A stretch of 64,000 nt of DNA from positions 12,400,001-12,464,000 of the forward strand of contig CM059432.1 in the NCBI GenBank assembly GCA_030390025.1, read 5' to 3'. Below, one piece after another: positions 38,433-51,429 of the stretch. The notes beneath the pieces are model-generated. The model ran no database searches and was not told the origin of the DNA. It saw only the letters and a program-made list of their open reading frames with translations. The DNA is from Squalus acanthias (lineage: Eukaryota). Each line of letters starts with the position of its first letter. The first letter of the stretch is position 1. Made by a program: the position numbers and the translations under genes.

Positions 38433-39329
38433 GCAGTTCAAATACTGAAGTTCAAATACTGAAGCCACTTCTCTGCATGCATAGAGGCCAATTTTCGGCG
38501 AGAATGTTGTCTCGGTGTACTCAGCGGAGCTTGTAGTTGGTGTTTCAGAGGATTTTTTTTAACCCACATTTGTACTGCGAGCTGCAACCAAACTTAACCC
38601 AGGTGCAGAAAGGGGCAACTGAACTAAGCAGCAATAGTACTGATAAGAAGAACGTGTCTGCTGGGCTCCGAATGCAAATTTGAGAAGGGCTGCATGAATT
38701 GTTCCATTTCCAGTGCAGAGTCAAAGCTAAATTCCCCGTACGTTAGATTAAGTGAAAATGAAACCCGAACCATGGCTTTAAATCTAGTTGTAGTGTGACT
38801 GATCAAATTGGTATTAAGGAGCCTATCACAACCCTGATCTAAAAATAACAATCTTTGGAAAAACACAGTCATGTGTTTATCAGGGTTCAGCTGCATATTG
38901 TCCCCGGTTTATTATAAAAAGATGTGATGACTGAAACTACGTCTTTTTTTTATCCTGAAGGAAAAACACAAATGCATTTGTTCCTCATCACCTGATTTTG
39001 CTGAACTGCTACATAAAAAGGGCTGATTCTGCCGATGCTTTCAGATGTTTCTTTCCAGCCCACCTGCACCACATCACATGCTGCCTACACTTCAGAATAC
39101 AAGTCCACTGTTCACCACATAATGCGAACGTGCATCAAAAAACAAATCATTTTGCATCTTTTCATCATTTTTTGATTGTTTGTTTTGTTGAGGTCATTTG
39201 CTGTCCCAAATTTTCGGGCTCCCCCAAGTCACTGAATATTACCCCGTTGAGTAGTGAGAGTGGCGATAATAGGGGAGTAAGTGACCTGCTCTACGTCTTT
39301 GCAAATGTCACTGTGCAAACATACAAGTG

Positions 39330-40965
39330 TGTCAGCCAGTGGCTCAGTGGGCAGCACTCTTGCCCCTTGAGTCAGAAGGTTGTGGGTTCATAGTCCCACT
39401 CCAGAGACTTGAGCTCAAAAATCTAGGCTGACACTCCAGTGCAGTGCTGAGGGAGAGCCGCACTGTCGGAGGTGCCGTCTTTCGGATGAGACGTTAAACC
39501 GAAGCCCCGTCTGCTCTCTTAGATGGACATAAAAGATCCCATGGCACTATTTCAAAAAAGAGCAGGGGATTTACCCATGGCGTCCTGGCCAATATTTATG
39601 GACGTGTCTATTCGCAACACCAAAATTCTGATTGGTCCCCTTGGATGACAAGACCTGATTGCTGATTGGTCCTCCATGGCGGACAAGACACACCCAGCAG
39701 TTTCTCTGGAATGTGTAATTAGATCCTCCCTGCCTACGTAATCAATTACTTTGCAGCGTGTAATTCGAGCCACTCTGACTGCGGACTCCAGACAGAACAG
39801 AGCTCACTCGCGGGTTAAGACCTTCTCCCAGCCCCCCAAACAAGTTCCTGCACCCCCCCTGCCCAAGTGCCTGACCTCCCCCCGCTCCAAGTTTCTGACC
39901 ATCCGCCCCTCCCCACCCCCGGGTTCCTGACCTTCCCCCACCGCCCCCCCACAGATGGGGCACTGTGCGTGGGTCACGGATTGTTAACAGGTTTATTGGG
40001 TATGAAGTGAATAGTGACAGCTTTCCGAGAAATCCACCAGGTCTAGGGGGAGGAGAGGGAGAACGTGATGCGGGTGTAAAGAGGGCAGGGTCGAAAGAAC
40101 GTGATCCGTCTCACCAGCTGGATCACGCTCTCATCCCCCCCTTTAGACCTGGATCACGTTTTTCCCCATCCCCACTGTGCCCTCCGTGCTCGTTATCTCC
40201 CCCCTCACCGAGTTCCTGACCTTCTCTCTCCCCCTCCTCTCTCTCTTGCCCCCCTTCACTCTCCCCCTCCTCTCTCTCTCTCCCCTCCTCTCTGTTGACC
40301 CCCTTCTCTCTCTCCCCTCTCTCTCTTGCCCCCCTTCTCTCTCTCCTCCCCTCCTGTCTCTCTCCCCTCCTCCTCTCCCTCTCTCCCCTCCTCCCCCTCC
40401 TCCGATTTCCTCTCTCTCCACCTCCTCTCCCTCTCCCTCTCTCCCCCTCCGATCCCCACTCTCTCTCTGAAGTCCGCAAAAATGTTCATGTAGATAATAA
40501 CAGCGATATTCTAGGCAATAGCCCAGTATGCTCCGTTAGTCTAGTCATTGATTTTCGAAAGATAACCGAAAGCCCTGGTAGCAGGCTCAGGCAGCAATGG
40601 CGGCAGCACCAGGCTCGGCAGTGGTTCGGCCCCACTTCCAGCTTCCTCATATATCGTATTGCACAAGCGTGACCGGATTGAGTGCACATGCGCAGAACCA
40701 AACAGGCGTGCGTGTGCAGAGGGAGTCAAAAATCGCCGTGCAAAGTCATTCCGAATAGTTATCCCTCAACCAACATCACTAAAACAGATTATCCGGTCAT
40801 TATCACATTGCTGCTTGTGGGAGTTTGCTGTGCACAAATTGGCTGCCACGTTTCCCACATCACAACAGTGACTCCACTTCAAATATTACTTCATTGGCTG
40901 TAAAGCGCTTTGGGACGTCCTGAGGTCGTAAAAGGCGCTATAGAAATGCAAGTCCGTCTTTTTCT
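39330..40965 (+). mobile_element. SacSINE1-like SINE split by a ~1.16-kb insertion (39600-40758)
   Basis: ...gccaatatttat | insert | ttatccctcaaccaacatcac rejoins the SINE consensus. Confidence 0.8.
40190..40468. repeat. CT-rich low-complexity tract
   Basis: Almost pure pyrimidine on the + strand. Confidence 0.9.
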
Positions 40966-41904
40966 TTTGACTCTTTCTATGTGCAAAGAGGGAGGGGGGG
41001 AGGAAGAAAAGATTTATAACTTGTGGTCACCATCTTCTAGAGGTTAAAAACGTGGCACGAGGGAAATGGTGCAATTGGGAGTGTGAACACTGGATGTTTT
41101 CCATGGGGTGGGGTGGGGGGTGGGCGGGCAGTGGGATAGGGATTGGGATTGGGATTGGGAGTGTGAACACTGGATGTTTTCCATAGGGTGGGGGGGGGGC
41201 GGGATTGTGAACCACATTTTGTCGTACACTTTACCCACTTATTATCCTGTCTGGGACACAAACTGGAGACTGCGTGACCGGTAGTAGCTTATTCGTAATG
41301 TAAACTCCAAGGGATTAGAGCATTGCAATGGGTGTAGCAAAAGTGATCGTGGCACACCTTAGAACGCTCTGAGCAACTGTAATAAAACTATCGGTAGGTC
41401 CGTAATAATAGCCTTTTGGAAAAACATGTAAAATACTGTTTATTCCTCAACGATGTGACAAATCGAACTACACATACGGCTTAATATAATGTAAAAAAAA
41501 ATATACAGGTCTTAAATTTACACAGGAACTAAGCTGAATGCCCAGCTGGGAATTGTGGGGGGGGGGGGGGGGGGGAGCATTTAGAAAAAAAAATAAAGTG
41601 CAGAAGAAGTGCAGCAGAGTATTTTCAAGACCCGCATCAAGTGGAGGCTAAATTTAGCTGTATAAGAGGAGTTACGGGAGCTGCTGCTTTTAAACCGAGA
41701 GCAATTAGCTCCCAGGCTCTCCTCGATTCTGAGCCCAGCGAAAGAAAGTCACATTTAGCCAAGAACAACAGATACCAGTCCAGGAAGCTGCGAGTCACTG
41801 AAAGGTCAACATGTGCACACTAGATACTCCATTTTCATCCCACACTACTTCTTAAGGAAGAATTCTCAGCATCAGCACAGCCTCCAAAAAAAAATTACAT
41901 TGTT

Positions 41905-42222
41905 AGACAGAGAGAAACTACTCCCGCCGGTTGGGGAGTCGAGGACTAAGAGGGCATCGTCTAAAAGTTAGAGCCGGACCTTTCAGGAGTGAAATTCGGA
42001 AACACTTCTACACACACAAAGGATGGTAGAAGTTTGGAACTCTCATCCGCAAATGGCAACTGATGCTAGATCAACTGTTAATTTTAAATCTGAGATTGAT
42101 AGATTTTTGTTCACCAAAGGTATTAAGGGATATGGGGCCAAAGGAGTTAGGTCGCAGATCAACCATGATCTCATTGAATGGCGGAATAGGTTCGAGGGGC
42201 TGAATGGCCTCCTCCTGTTCCT
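41905..42222 (+). mobile_element. CR1 3' end
   Basis: VEVWNSHPQ...FKSEIDRFL plus tail. Confidence 0.8.
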
Positions 42223-42574
42223 AAGTAAAAAGAATTCCCGATGTTTTCAATCCTGTTTAAACACTGATAGGATGAATGAGGAACTGAGTTACTAAGCTCA
42301 ACACTACAGAGGAGCTGGATTCAAAGTAGGGGAGTCTAAATGTAGTCATAAAGACAAAGAATTTTTAGGAGCAGGGGGATTAGGCCCAACAAACCCTGTC
42401 TCTTTTTGACAGAACTCAGCCGATCAATCCACCCTGTCACCTCATCTTTTAAGTGCCACCAGTTCCTACAGGCACATTTTTAAATTGATGCTTTTTGGAA
42501 AGATAATTTTGGAATCATTTCTGCGAGAACTTTTTCAATAAATATAATCCAAAAGTACAATGAAACATATGGGG

Positions 42575-42760
42575 AATAACAACAGAAAATGCTGGAAATA
42601 CTCAGCAGGCCAGGCAGCATCCGTGGAGAGAGAAACAGAGTTAACGTTTCAGGTCTGGGACCCTTCGTCAGAACTGGTAAAAGTTGGAGATGTAACAGGT
42701 TTTAAACAGGTGCAGAGGCAGGGAAAGGTGGGGGGAAAGGGGGGGGGAAGGAACTGAAGG
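42575..42760 (-). mobile_element. PLE family A 3' UTR fragment with intact hammerhead (42639-42675)
   Basis: agtt-CTGACGA-A-GGGTC-CCA-GACCT-GAAA-CGT-T-aact. Confidence 0.82.
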
Positions 42761-42864
42761 GACGCTCTGTGCTAGAAACATATGGGGATCCTGGCCGCTT
42801 TAAAAAAAAAAATTACACTAATGACAACCAAAATCTTACTCATTACTATTCCCCTTGTACTATA

Positions 42865-42960
42865 TATGTGAGAAGTCGCACAACACCAGGTTATAGTCCA
42901 ACAGCTTTATTTGAAATCACAAGCTTTCGGAGCGCTGCTCCTTCGTCAGGTTCCACATCA
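42865..42960 (-). mobile_element. PLE family B minimal insertion, essentially hammerhead plus 3' end
   Basis: Matches 24531-24615; TSD TTGTACTATA at 42855-42864 and 42961-42970. Confidence 0.8.
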
Positions 42961-44224
42961 TTGTACTATAAAGTTCAAGCAGCCTAGCCTAGCCAACTAG
43001 CCAGAAAAGAATGATGCAGGCCAGTGATGCACTTACGTAAACCTTCTTTCTTTTATGCAATGTGTTTTATGTCAGAAGGCCTGCACTGAAAGCACTCTTA
43101 CCTCTGAGTCAGAAGGTTGTGGGTTCGAGGCCCACTCTCGAGTACAATACGTAGGTTGAGAGCCCAGTGCTGAGAATCTTTCACAATGTCAGAGGTGCCG
43201 TCCTTTTAGGTAATAGATTAAACCATCTATTTGTTCTGGTAGTTCATAAATTAAAGAACAAAGAATGCTCACAAAGCCCTGACAAACACTGCTCCCTCAA
43301 CCAACATTACAAATTGTTTGTCTCACTGCTGTTTTATTTGTTCTTGGCAATGTGGGCAAGCTTTTTTATTTATTGCCCATCCCCAGTCGCCCTGAAGGCA
43401 TTAAGAGCCAAAAACGTACGCAACTAGGCCAGACTGGATAGGTGGGGGTTTGCAGGTTCGCTTCGCTGAAGGGAATCAATGAACCAGTTGGGTTTTTAAA
43501 CTACAATCCAGCAGCTTTCAGAGGCATTTTCTGAAACTAGCCCACAAGTTAACAGATTTGTTGAATTCAGCTCTGCGATTTGCCATGGTGGGATTTGAAC
43601 TCACCTACCTCTGGGTTGTTTGTCCAAATACCATAACCACTAGGCTACCAAACCCACATTGCTGTATCTGGCATCTTGCTGTGTGTGCAAAAATCCCTGC
43701 CGACTTAACATTTACTGCACTTCAAAGTAACTGATTGTATGTGAAACAAAACCTTTAAAATTCTTAAATGTTCAAACGTGGAATTTTTAAATATACATTT
43801 TCACATATTTAAACATGCTGGATTTAAAAAAAAAATTGCATTTGCAAATCACTAATGCATAAGCTCCAAAAATAAGTAAATCAATATTATGTATCAAACA
43901 GTCTTTAAAAGAACAGGATTTGGTTCAGTTGGGCACTGTGCCCAGCAGTTTGCTTTTTCCATTTTCTTAAAGCTGGGAGAAGGGACCAACAGCTTTTAAC
44001 AGGCCCACATTTAGTCATGTATCTCCGAACGCAGTGAACTAGAACTTTTTACGAGGTTAAAGGAGAAACTCAAATCCGCACACAAGTAGTCTGGATAGAA
44101 GTAAATTCCTGGCAAAGTCTGCAAACCGTTAACAAGTCCTAATTTCACACAGCTAGCAATTCGATAGTCAACCCTGTTAGAAGCAAACTTTTTCTCATTC
44201 TGTCCTGACTGAATACACACACGG

Positions 44225-45500
44225 ATTCGACAAAGTGCCAACACAGGAGGCTTGTTAAGAAGATGGAAGGCCATGGAATTAAGGAGAAAGTTATTGAAAC
44301 ATGTAAGATCCTGAAGGGGCTTGACAGGGTAGATGCAGAGAGGATGTTTCCCCTGGTGGGGGAATCTAGAACTAGGGGGCATAATTTCAGAATAAGGGGG
44401 CACCCTTTTAAATCGGAAATGAGGAGGAATTTCTTCTCTCAGAGGGTCGTGAATCTTTGAAATTCTCTTCCCCAGAGAGCTGTGGAGGCTGGGTCATTGA
44501 ATATATTTAAGGTGGAGATAGCCAGATTTTTGAACGGTAAGGGAGTCAAAGGTTATGGGGAGCGGGCAGGGATGTGGAGTTGAGGCCAAGATCAGATCAG
44601 CCATGATCTTATTGAATGGCGGAGCAGGCTCGAGGGGCCAAATGACCCACTCCTGCTCCTATGTCTTATGTTCTTATGGTATGGATACGGAATTGGCTCA
44701 GTGACAGTGGTTGGTGATGGATGGATGTTTTTCAGACTGGGAGGCAGTGTGCAGTGGTGTTCCCCGAGGGTCAGTTTTGGGTCCATTAATCTTTTCAATT
44801 TTTCTAAACAACCTAGACTCGGGTGTAGGGAGCAGCATTATAAAGTTTGCAGATGATAAGAAACTTGGCAATGCAGTAGACAGTGATGAGGATAGATGTA
44901 GGCTTAAGGATGACATGGACAGGATGGTGAAATGGGCAGAAGCATGGCAGATGGAGTTCAGTGCGGAGAAGTGTGAAGTGATGCACTTTGGGAGGACGAA
45001 TATGGAAAGACAGTATATTATAAATGGCATGATTTTGAAAAGTGTAGATGGTGTCCAGATACACAAATCCTTAATAGGTGGCAGGGCAAGTTGATAAGGT
45101 GGTTAAAAAGCATATGGTTTACTTGAGTCGATAAACAGAGGCATAGAATATAAAAGCAAAAAGATAATGCTCGAACTTTATAAATCACTGGTTAGGCCTC
45201 AGCTGGAGTATTGTGGACAATTCTGGGCACCATATTTCAGGAAAGATGTAAAGGTCTTAGAAAGGGTACAGAGGGGGTTTACCAGGATGTTACCAGGGAT
45301 GAGGGACTTCAGTTATGTGGAGAGGTTGGAAAAGTTGGGACTGTTCTCCTTGGAACAGAGAAGGTTAAGAGGTGACCTAATAGATGTTTTAAGATAAGAG
45401 GTTTTGATAGAGAGTAGATAGAGAAAAACTATTCCCTCAGGCAACTGGGTCAATAACCAGAGGTCACAGATTTAAGATCATTGACAAAAGATCTAGATAG
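44225..45500 (+). mobile_element. Two adjacent CR1 fragments
   Basis: SGVPRGSVLGP...KFADDKKLG; LYKSLVRPQLEYC; CR1 tail at ~44660. Confidence 0.88.
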
Positions 45501-45504
45501 GAGA

Positions 45505-46662
45505 TTCCCACTAAGCTGCTGACCACCCAACTTCCCTTCCTGGCCCCAATGAATGCTGATATTGTAAATAGTTCCCTCTCCTCAGGTACTGTCCCCCCTC
45601 CCTTTCAAATTTACCCTCATCACCCCCTTCCTCAAAAAAAAATCCCTTGACCCCTCCGCCATTGCAAACTACTGCCCTCGCTCCAAGCTCCCGTTCCTTC
45701 CCAAAGTTGCCTCCCAAATCCGTGCCCATCTTTCCTGCAACTCCATGTTTGAACCTCTCCAATCAGCTTTCCATCCCACCACAGCACTGAAACAGCCCTA
45801 ATCAAAGTCACAAATGACATCCTCTGTGACTGTCATCACAGCGCACTATCCTGGATGAACAATTTCTTTCAATTAAACATGGAAAGACCAAAATCATTGT
45901 CTTCAGCCCCCACCACAAACTCCGTTCCCTTGCCACCGATTCCATCCTCCTCCCTGGCCACTGTTACACGGTTAGCAACCTCGGCGTCCTATTGATCCTG
46001 AGCTGAGCTTCTGACCCCATATCCTCTCCATCACAAAGATCACCTACTTCCACCTCTGTAATATCGCCGTTCCCCTGCCCCTGCCTCAGCTCATCGGCCC
46101 AACAACCCTCAGCCATGCTTTTGTTACCTCAGACTCAACTATTCCAATGCTCTCCTGGCAGACCTCCCATCTACCACCCTCCATAAACCCGAGATCGTCT
46201 AAAACCATGCTACCCGTATCACACCATGTCCCGTTCACCCATCACCCTGATCCTGCTCCCTGACCGACATTGACTCCCCGTTCACCAACGCCTCAAATTT
46301 GAAATGCTCCTCCTCGCGTTCAAATCCCTCCATGGCCGCGCCCCTCCCTATCTCTGCAACCTCCTCCAACCCTCCGAGAACACTGCGTTCCTCCTCCTAC
46401 TCTGGCCTCCTGTGCATCACCAGCTTCCTTTGCCCTACCATTGGCTTCAGCTGTCTAGGCCCTAATCCCCTCCCTGAACCCCTCTCTGTCTCTCCACTTC
46501 TCTCTATTCCTTTAAACTTACCTCTCTGACCTAGCTTTTAGTCACCGGTCCTACTCTCTCTTTTGGCTCAGTGTCAATTTTTGTCTGACTGCGCTCTTGT
46601 GAAGCCCTTTGGCACGTTTTCCTATGTTGAAGGCGCTATATAAATGCAAGACTTTGCTGTTG
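45505..46662 (+). mobile_element. Degenerate L2 LINE
   Basis: ETALIKVTNDIL region; L2 tail aaggcgctatataaatgcaag. Confidence 0.82.
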
Positions 46663-47239
46663 TGGCGTTTATCTAAAAGAGTGTTAACTCACACACGGAT
46701 TAGTTCGCAATATATTCCATACTGTAATGGAACCAACTGCATAAAGGAATAATGCTCCAATTAACATGTTTCTAGAGTATTCCAACATGCTAGTTTAACA
46801 GTAAACATGACCAGACATCAGGTGCTTTCCGATCTGTATTTAGTCTATTCACAATTAAATTGAGAGCACAGGATGTGATCACCGTTACCCATTACACAAC
46901 TGCAATCAAATGTGCTCGGATTTTTTTTTTGTTTGTTTGCTCCGATATTCTTCCATTCTCTCCTGACGTACTGAGATGCAGTTTCATGGGCACTGGCAGC
47001 CTTCCAGTACCCCAGTCCCTAGCCCAGAGGCTGCTGCATTTAAACTATCCTTTATATGCCGCTAAAGGATGTGGGCAATGGCACTTGTAGAGATCAATAT
47101 TCAGCACATCTTAACGACATCAAGGGATTATGGGGATCGGGCGGGAAAGTGCAGCTGAGGTCGAAGATCAGCCATGCTCTTATTGAATGGCGGAGCAGGC
47201 TCGAGGGGCCGAATGGCCGACTCCTGCTCCTATTTGTGT

Positions 47240-47690
47240 GTCAGCCGTGGCTCAGTTGGTAGCACCTTCGCCTCTGAGTCAGAAGGTTGTGGGTTCAAGT
47301 CCCACTCCAGAGACTTGAGCACAAATATTGCCACTCCAATGCAGTACTGAGGGAGTGCTGCACTGTCGGAGGTGCCGTCTTTCGGATGAGACATTAAACC
47401 GATGCCCCGTCTGCTCACTAAGGTGGACGTAAAAGATCCCATGGCACTATTTCAAAGAAGAGCAGAGGAGTTATCCCCAGTGTCCTGCCCAATATTTATC
47501 ACTAAAGCAGATTATCTGCTCATTATCACATTGCTGTTTGTGGGAGCTTGCTGTGCATAAATTGGCTGTCGTGTTTCCTACATTACAACAGTGACTATAT
47601 TTCAAGAAAGTACTTCATTGGCTGTAAAGTACTTTGGGACGTCCGGTGGTTGTGAAAGGCGCTATAGAAATGCAAGTATTTCTTTATTTC
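47240..47690 (+). mobile_element. SacSINE1-like SINE, full length
   Basis: A-box tggctcagttgg, B-box ggttcaagtcc, body and L2-like tail. Confidence 0.9.
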
Positions 47691-47964
47691 TTATCAACAG
47701 GACAGCACCATGAGAAATGTAGAATCTCCAGTGATCAGTAACTGGGTGTGAGTAGGATGGGCTCTTTCATTAGAAACAATGAGCCGGTTCAATTAAACAT
47801 TATTCATATTGTACTGGCAAGTGTTTCTGTTTCTGAAGTGCCCGGTTATTCTAAGGACTTAATCAGCATTAAAACAAAGTGTTTTTAAGAAGCGACCACA
47901 AGTTGGAGAAAGCAGAGGCAAAAGATACCAACTATGTTGTTCACTTCTTGCTGTAAGCATCATT

Positions 47965-48285
47965 TTTTTTTATTCGTTCATGGATGTGGGCATCGCTGGC
48001 AAGGCCAGCATTTATTGCCCATCCCTATTTGCCCTTGAGAAGGTGGTGGTGAGCCGCCTTCTTGAACCGCTGCAGTCCATGTGTGACTTGGAGGGGAACT
48101 TGGAGGTGGTGGTGTTCCCATGCGCCTGCTGCCCTCGTCCTTCTAGGTGGAAGAGGTCGCGGTTTTGGGAGGTGCTGCCGAAGAAGCCTTGGCGAGTTGC
48201 TGCAGTGCATCTTGTAGATGGTACACACTGCAGCCACGGTAGGCCGGTGGTGGAGGGAGTGAATGTTTAAGGTGGTGGAGGGGAT
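47965..48285 (-). mobile_element. CR1 family B 3' end
   Basis: AVCTIYKMHCSNSPRLLRQHLP...FKKAAHHHLLKG. Confidence 0.82.
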
Positions 48286-48729
48286 CATGGCAGTGCAAAT
48301 GCTGATTGAAAGCACTTTGTGTCAGTTAACTGTGTTTATTTGCACAGTACTTGTACACAAAGGAAGATATAATAGAATCCATAACTTTCAAACTGTGTCG
48401 CTCTTTCACTTGGTTTTCCAAGAAAACTCTACAAAACACCAGCACTAGCTTATGGGCCAGAAGATTCAGGTGGCAATGATAGCAAGTGAAAACTTAATAC
48501 TTTTATATATTTCTCTGTTTAACAAAGACATTAATCCAATTAAATAAAACAAGTTAACACCTGCATCAAAACGGCAGACAGAGGAATGTCATGCGAACTC
48601 AAACTTTCGTCTGCTCTTGTCACCAACAGCGATTTCCAGGATTATCTCCTTCCTCAGGTCCCATGAACCTGACACTCTGCGATCCTTCTGGCACACTTCC
48701 AGTGTAAGACAACCCAGACTGTGGCAGAA

Positions 48730-49135
48730 GCCCACCCAGAGGGGCTGCTCCTCGATTTCTGGCTGCACTTCAGTCCCACGCTCCTGATCTTTGGCTACCA
48801 CGGTGTAGGGGAGGGGGGGGGGGGTGGGATGGGTGGAGCAGGCAGGTTCCCGGAGGACCTCCTCGCGGGTCTGCTCCGGGGCCTGGCCAAGGTGGCCATT
48901 CACAGGTCCAGGCAGGTCGCTCGGCCTGACCGCCTCTCTTCCCCGGCTACCTCGCCGCCTTGGGGGCCCCTGGAGTGGGAGAACTCGGTGTCTGCCGGTA
49001 TGCTTGAGGCTTTCCGTGACCGGTGAGCACCGGCGGGCGGGACTGGAATGCATGATCGAAACCAGGGACAACATTTGGCTTTAATTTGATAAGCTGACAT
49101 TCGTTTTACTTATAATTTATAAAAGGAGGCACTTT
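48730..49135 (+). mobile_element. Tx1/L1-clade LINE ORF2 C-terminal fragment
   Basis: FWLHFSPTLLIFG...LLAGLLRGLAKVAIHRSR resembles the L1/Tx1 C-terminal region. Confidence 0.6.
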
Positions 49136-49689
49136 TGTTCATTTGATTGCTGCTGATGACACCTGGGTCATCCTAATGGGCAGTTTGCAAGAGTCAAAAG
49201 CCCACCTAGTGTATCTGAGTCCCAGCCTCTGTGATTTTCCTGGGGGGTCTTGTTTGGGGTGGCTCCTTGGTGCGCACCAAATATAGCCCCCGTACACCAG
49301 AGAGGTCATGATCAGGAGAGGGGGTCCCCAGGTCGGGAGTTTCCTAGTCTTTGGCTTGGGTTTTGCTGGAATGGCTGGGAAAAGGAGGCACAACAGCCTC
49401 CCAGCCAGCAGATGTAGAACCCACCTGGGAGTCCAACCCTGGACCCCCCCCACCCCCCCAAAGGTTCATGCCTCAATAGACTGTGGAGCTGCCACAGATT
49501 CCACAAGCATCTGGCCACCGCCGTTTCTCCTGCCCCCACTCCCGCAGGCACCCACCAGCACTCTGCAAATCAGGATCTTCTCCTCCCCTCCCCTCCCAAC
49601 CGCATACTCCAGCAGGACCCGGGGGGGGGGGGGGGGGAAAGAGAGGTTCTAAATGGGTCAAAGGCCTGTGTATGTTGAGTGCCATTATT

Positions 49690-50275
49690 AGGAACACAGT
49701 CTAAGGATAAGGGGTAAGCCATTTAGGACTGAGATGAGGAGGAATTTCTTCACCCAGAGAGTGGTGAACCTGTGGAATTCTCTACCACAGAAGGCAGTTG
49801 AGGCCAATTCATTAAATATATTCAAGAAGGAGATAGATATATTTCTTCAGGCTAAAGGGATCAAGGGATATGGGGAGAAAGCAGGGACAGGGTACTGAAT
49901 TTGGATGATCAGCCATGATCTCATTAAATGGCGGAGCAGGCTCGAGGGGCCGAATGGCCTATTCCTGCTCCTATCTTCTATGCTAACAGGAGTAGGCCAT
50001 CTGGCCCCTCGAGCCTGCTCCGCCATTCAATGAGATCATGGCTGATCTGCGACCTAACTCCATATACCCACCTTTGCCCCATATCCCTCAATACCTTTGG
50101 TTAACAAAATTCAGATTTAAAATTAACAATTGATCTCGCATCAATTGCCGTTTGCGGAAGAGAGTTCCAAACTTATACCGCCCTTTGTGTGTGGAAGTGC
50201 TTCCTAACTTCACTCCTGAAAGGCCTGGCTCTAATTTATAGGCTATGTCCCCATGTCCTAGACTCCCCAACCAGC
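49690..50275. mobile_element. Two CR1 3' ends joined tail-to-tail at ~49985
   Basis: + copy ends ctatcttctatg; - copy begins acaggagtaggcc. Confidence 0.82.
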
Positions 50276-50839
50276 TCAAGAGCAAGTACAGGTGTGTCCT
50301 TGGCTTCTGTCAATGTCATTCTATAACCAAAGGCATTTTAAAATTAAAATTGTACTTAAGTTTGTCAAGAACAATGATAGCAGTGATTCTTATTTAGGAA
50401 ATAATTGAAGAGTTAATTACGCTGGTGATAGATATATCTATCTATACTTACTGTATAAACGATGACTGACTGTTAAATTAATGGTACTTTCCAAGTAAAC
50501 AATGTAAAAGTTACAGAAAAATACCATTGCACAGAATTAACAAAAATCTACCAAATTACCATCGCAACAAACACACGGGCAGAAGAGGCTGCAGTTAAAC
50601 CTGAAACTCCTCCCAGAAAAACAACTGCAAAGCAAGAGCTCAAGTTAGAAGCAGTCAAGAGAATAGATACGGAAAAAATACACCCCAAGATCAATTGCTG
50701 CAGAGACGATTATTGCAGGGCATGTTTTAAGGGTCTGAAACAGACGCAGTCCATCAAAATGCAACTTAACCTCTAGTCCACCAAGGGTCCGTCGACTACT
50801 CTTCTGGGGAGTATTACCAAGTTATACCGAGTTGGTAAC

Positions 50840-51110
50840 AGCATCCCCGATTTTCATCGCTCCACCACCGACGGCCCTACCTTCGGCTGCCTAGGCCCCA
50901 AGCTCTGGAATTCACTCCCTAAACCTCTCCGGCCCTCTAGCTCTTAAGACGCTCCTTAAAACCGACCTCTTTGACCAAGCTGTTGGCCACCTGTCCCAAT
51001 ATCTCCTAGTGTGGCTCAGTGTCAAACTTTCTTCGATAACGCTCCCGTGAAGCGCCTTGCGACGTTTTACTATGTTTAAGGTGCTATATAAATGCAAGTT
51101 GTTGCTGTTT
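50840..51110 (+). mobile_element. L2 3' end
   Basis: L2 tail aaggtgctatataaatgcaagttgttg. Confidence 0.8.
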
Positions 51111-51429
51111 GGATATGTCAATAACTAATCTACTTGCTTTCACGATGAGCGCATTTCAATCTTAAGATCCTTGCTCTTTCCAGGGCTGGAAAGCTGGTCC
51201 CGGAGCCAGATTTTAGCAAACCAGATTGCAATATTTTCCGAATTGGCTTCCAGCTACTTGGAGCAGGGAAACAGCAGTCAGGAAGAAGATAAATAAAACA
51301 TTTAAAACTGAAAAAGATACGAAACATTTGAAAGATAATCATAGAACGATGCAGCACAGAAGGAGGCCATTGGCCCATCGTGCCTGTGCCGGCTTTTTGA
51401 AAGAGCGATCCAATTAGTCCCACTCCCCT

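Noticed and set aside
40101..40672. Several Arg/Glu/Gly- or Pro/Leu/Ser-rich ORFs
   Set aside because: Artefacts of the CT low-complexity tract
47240..47312. tRNA gene
   Set aside because: SINE head continuing into SINE body; the same applies at 1611, 9900-9965, 32570, 39330, 52214 and 52930
49880..50060. Hairpin as a miRNA or fold-back element
   Set aside because: Explained by two CR1 tails inserted tail-to-tail
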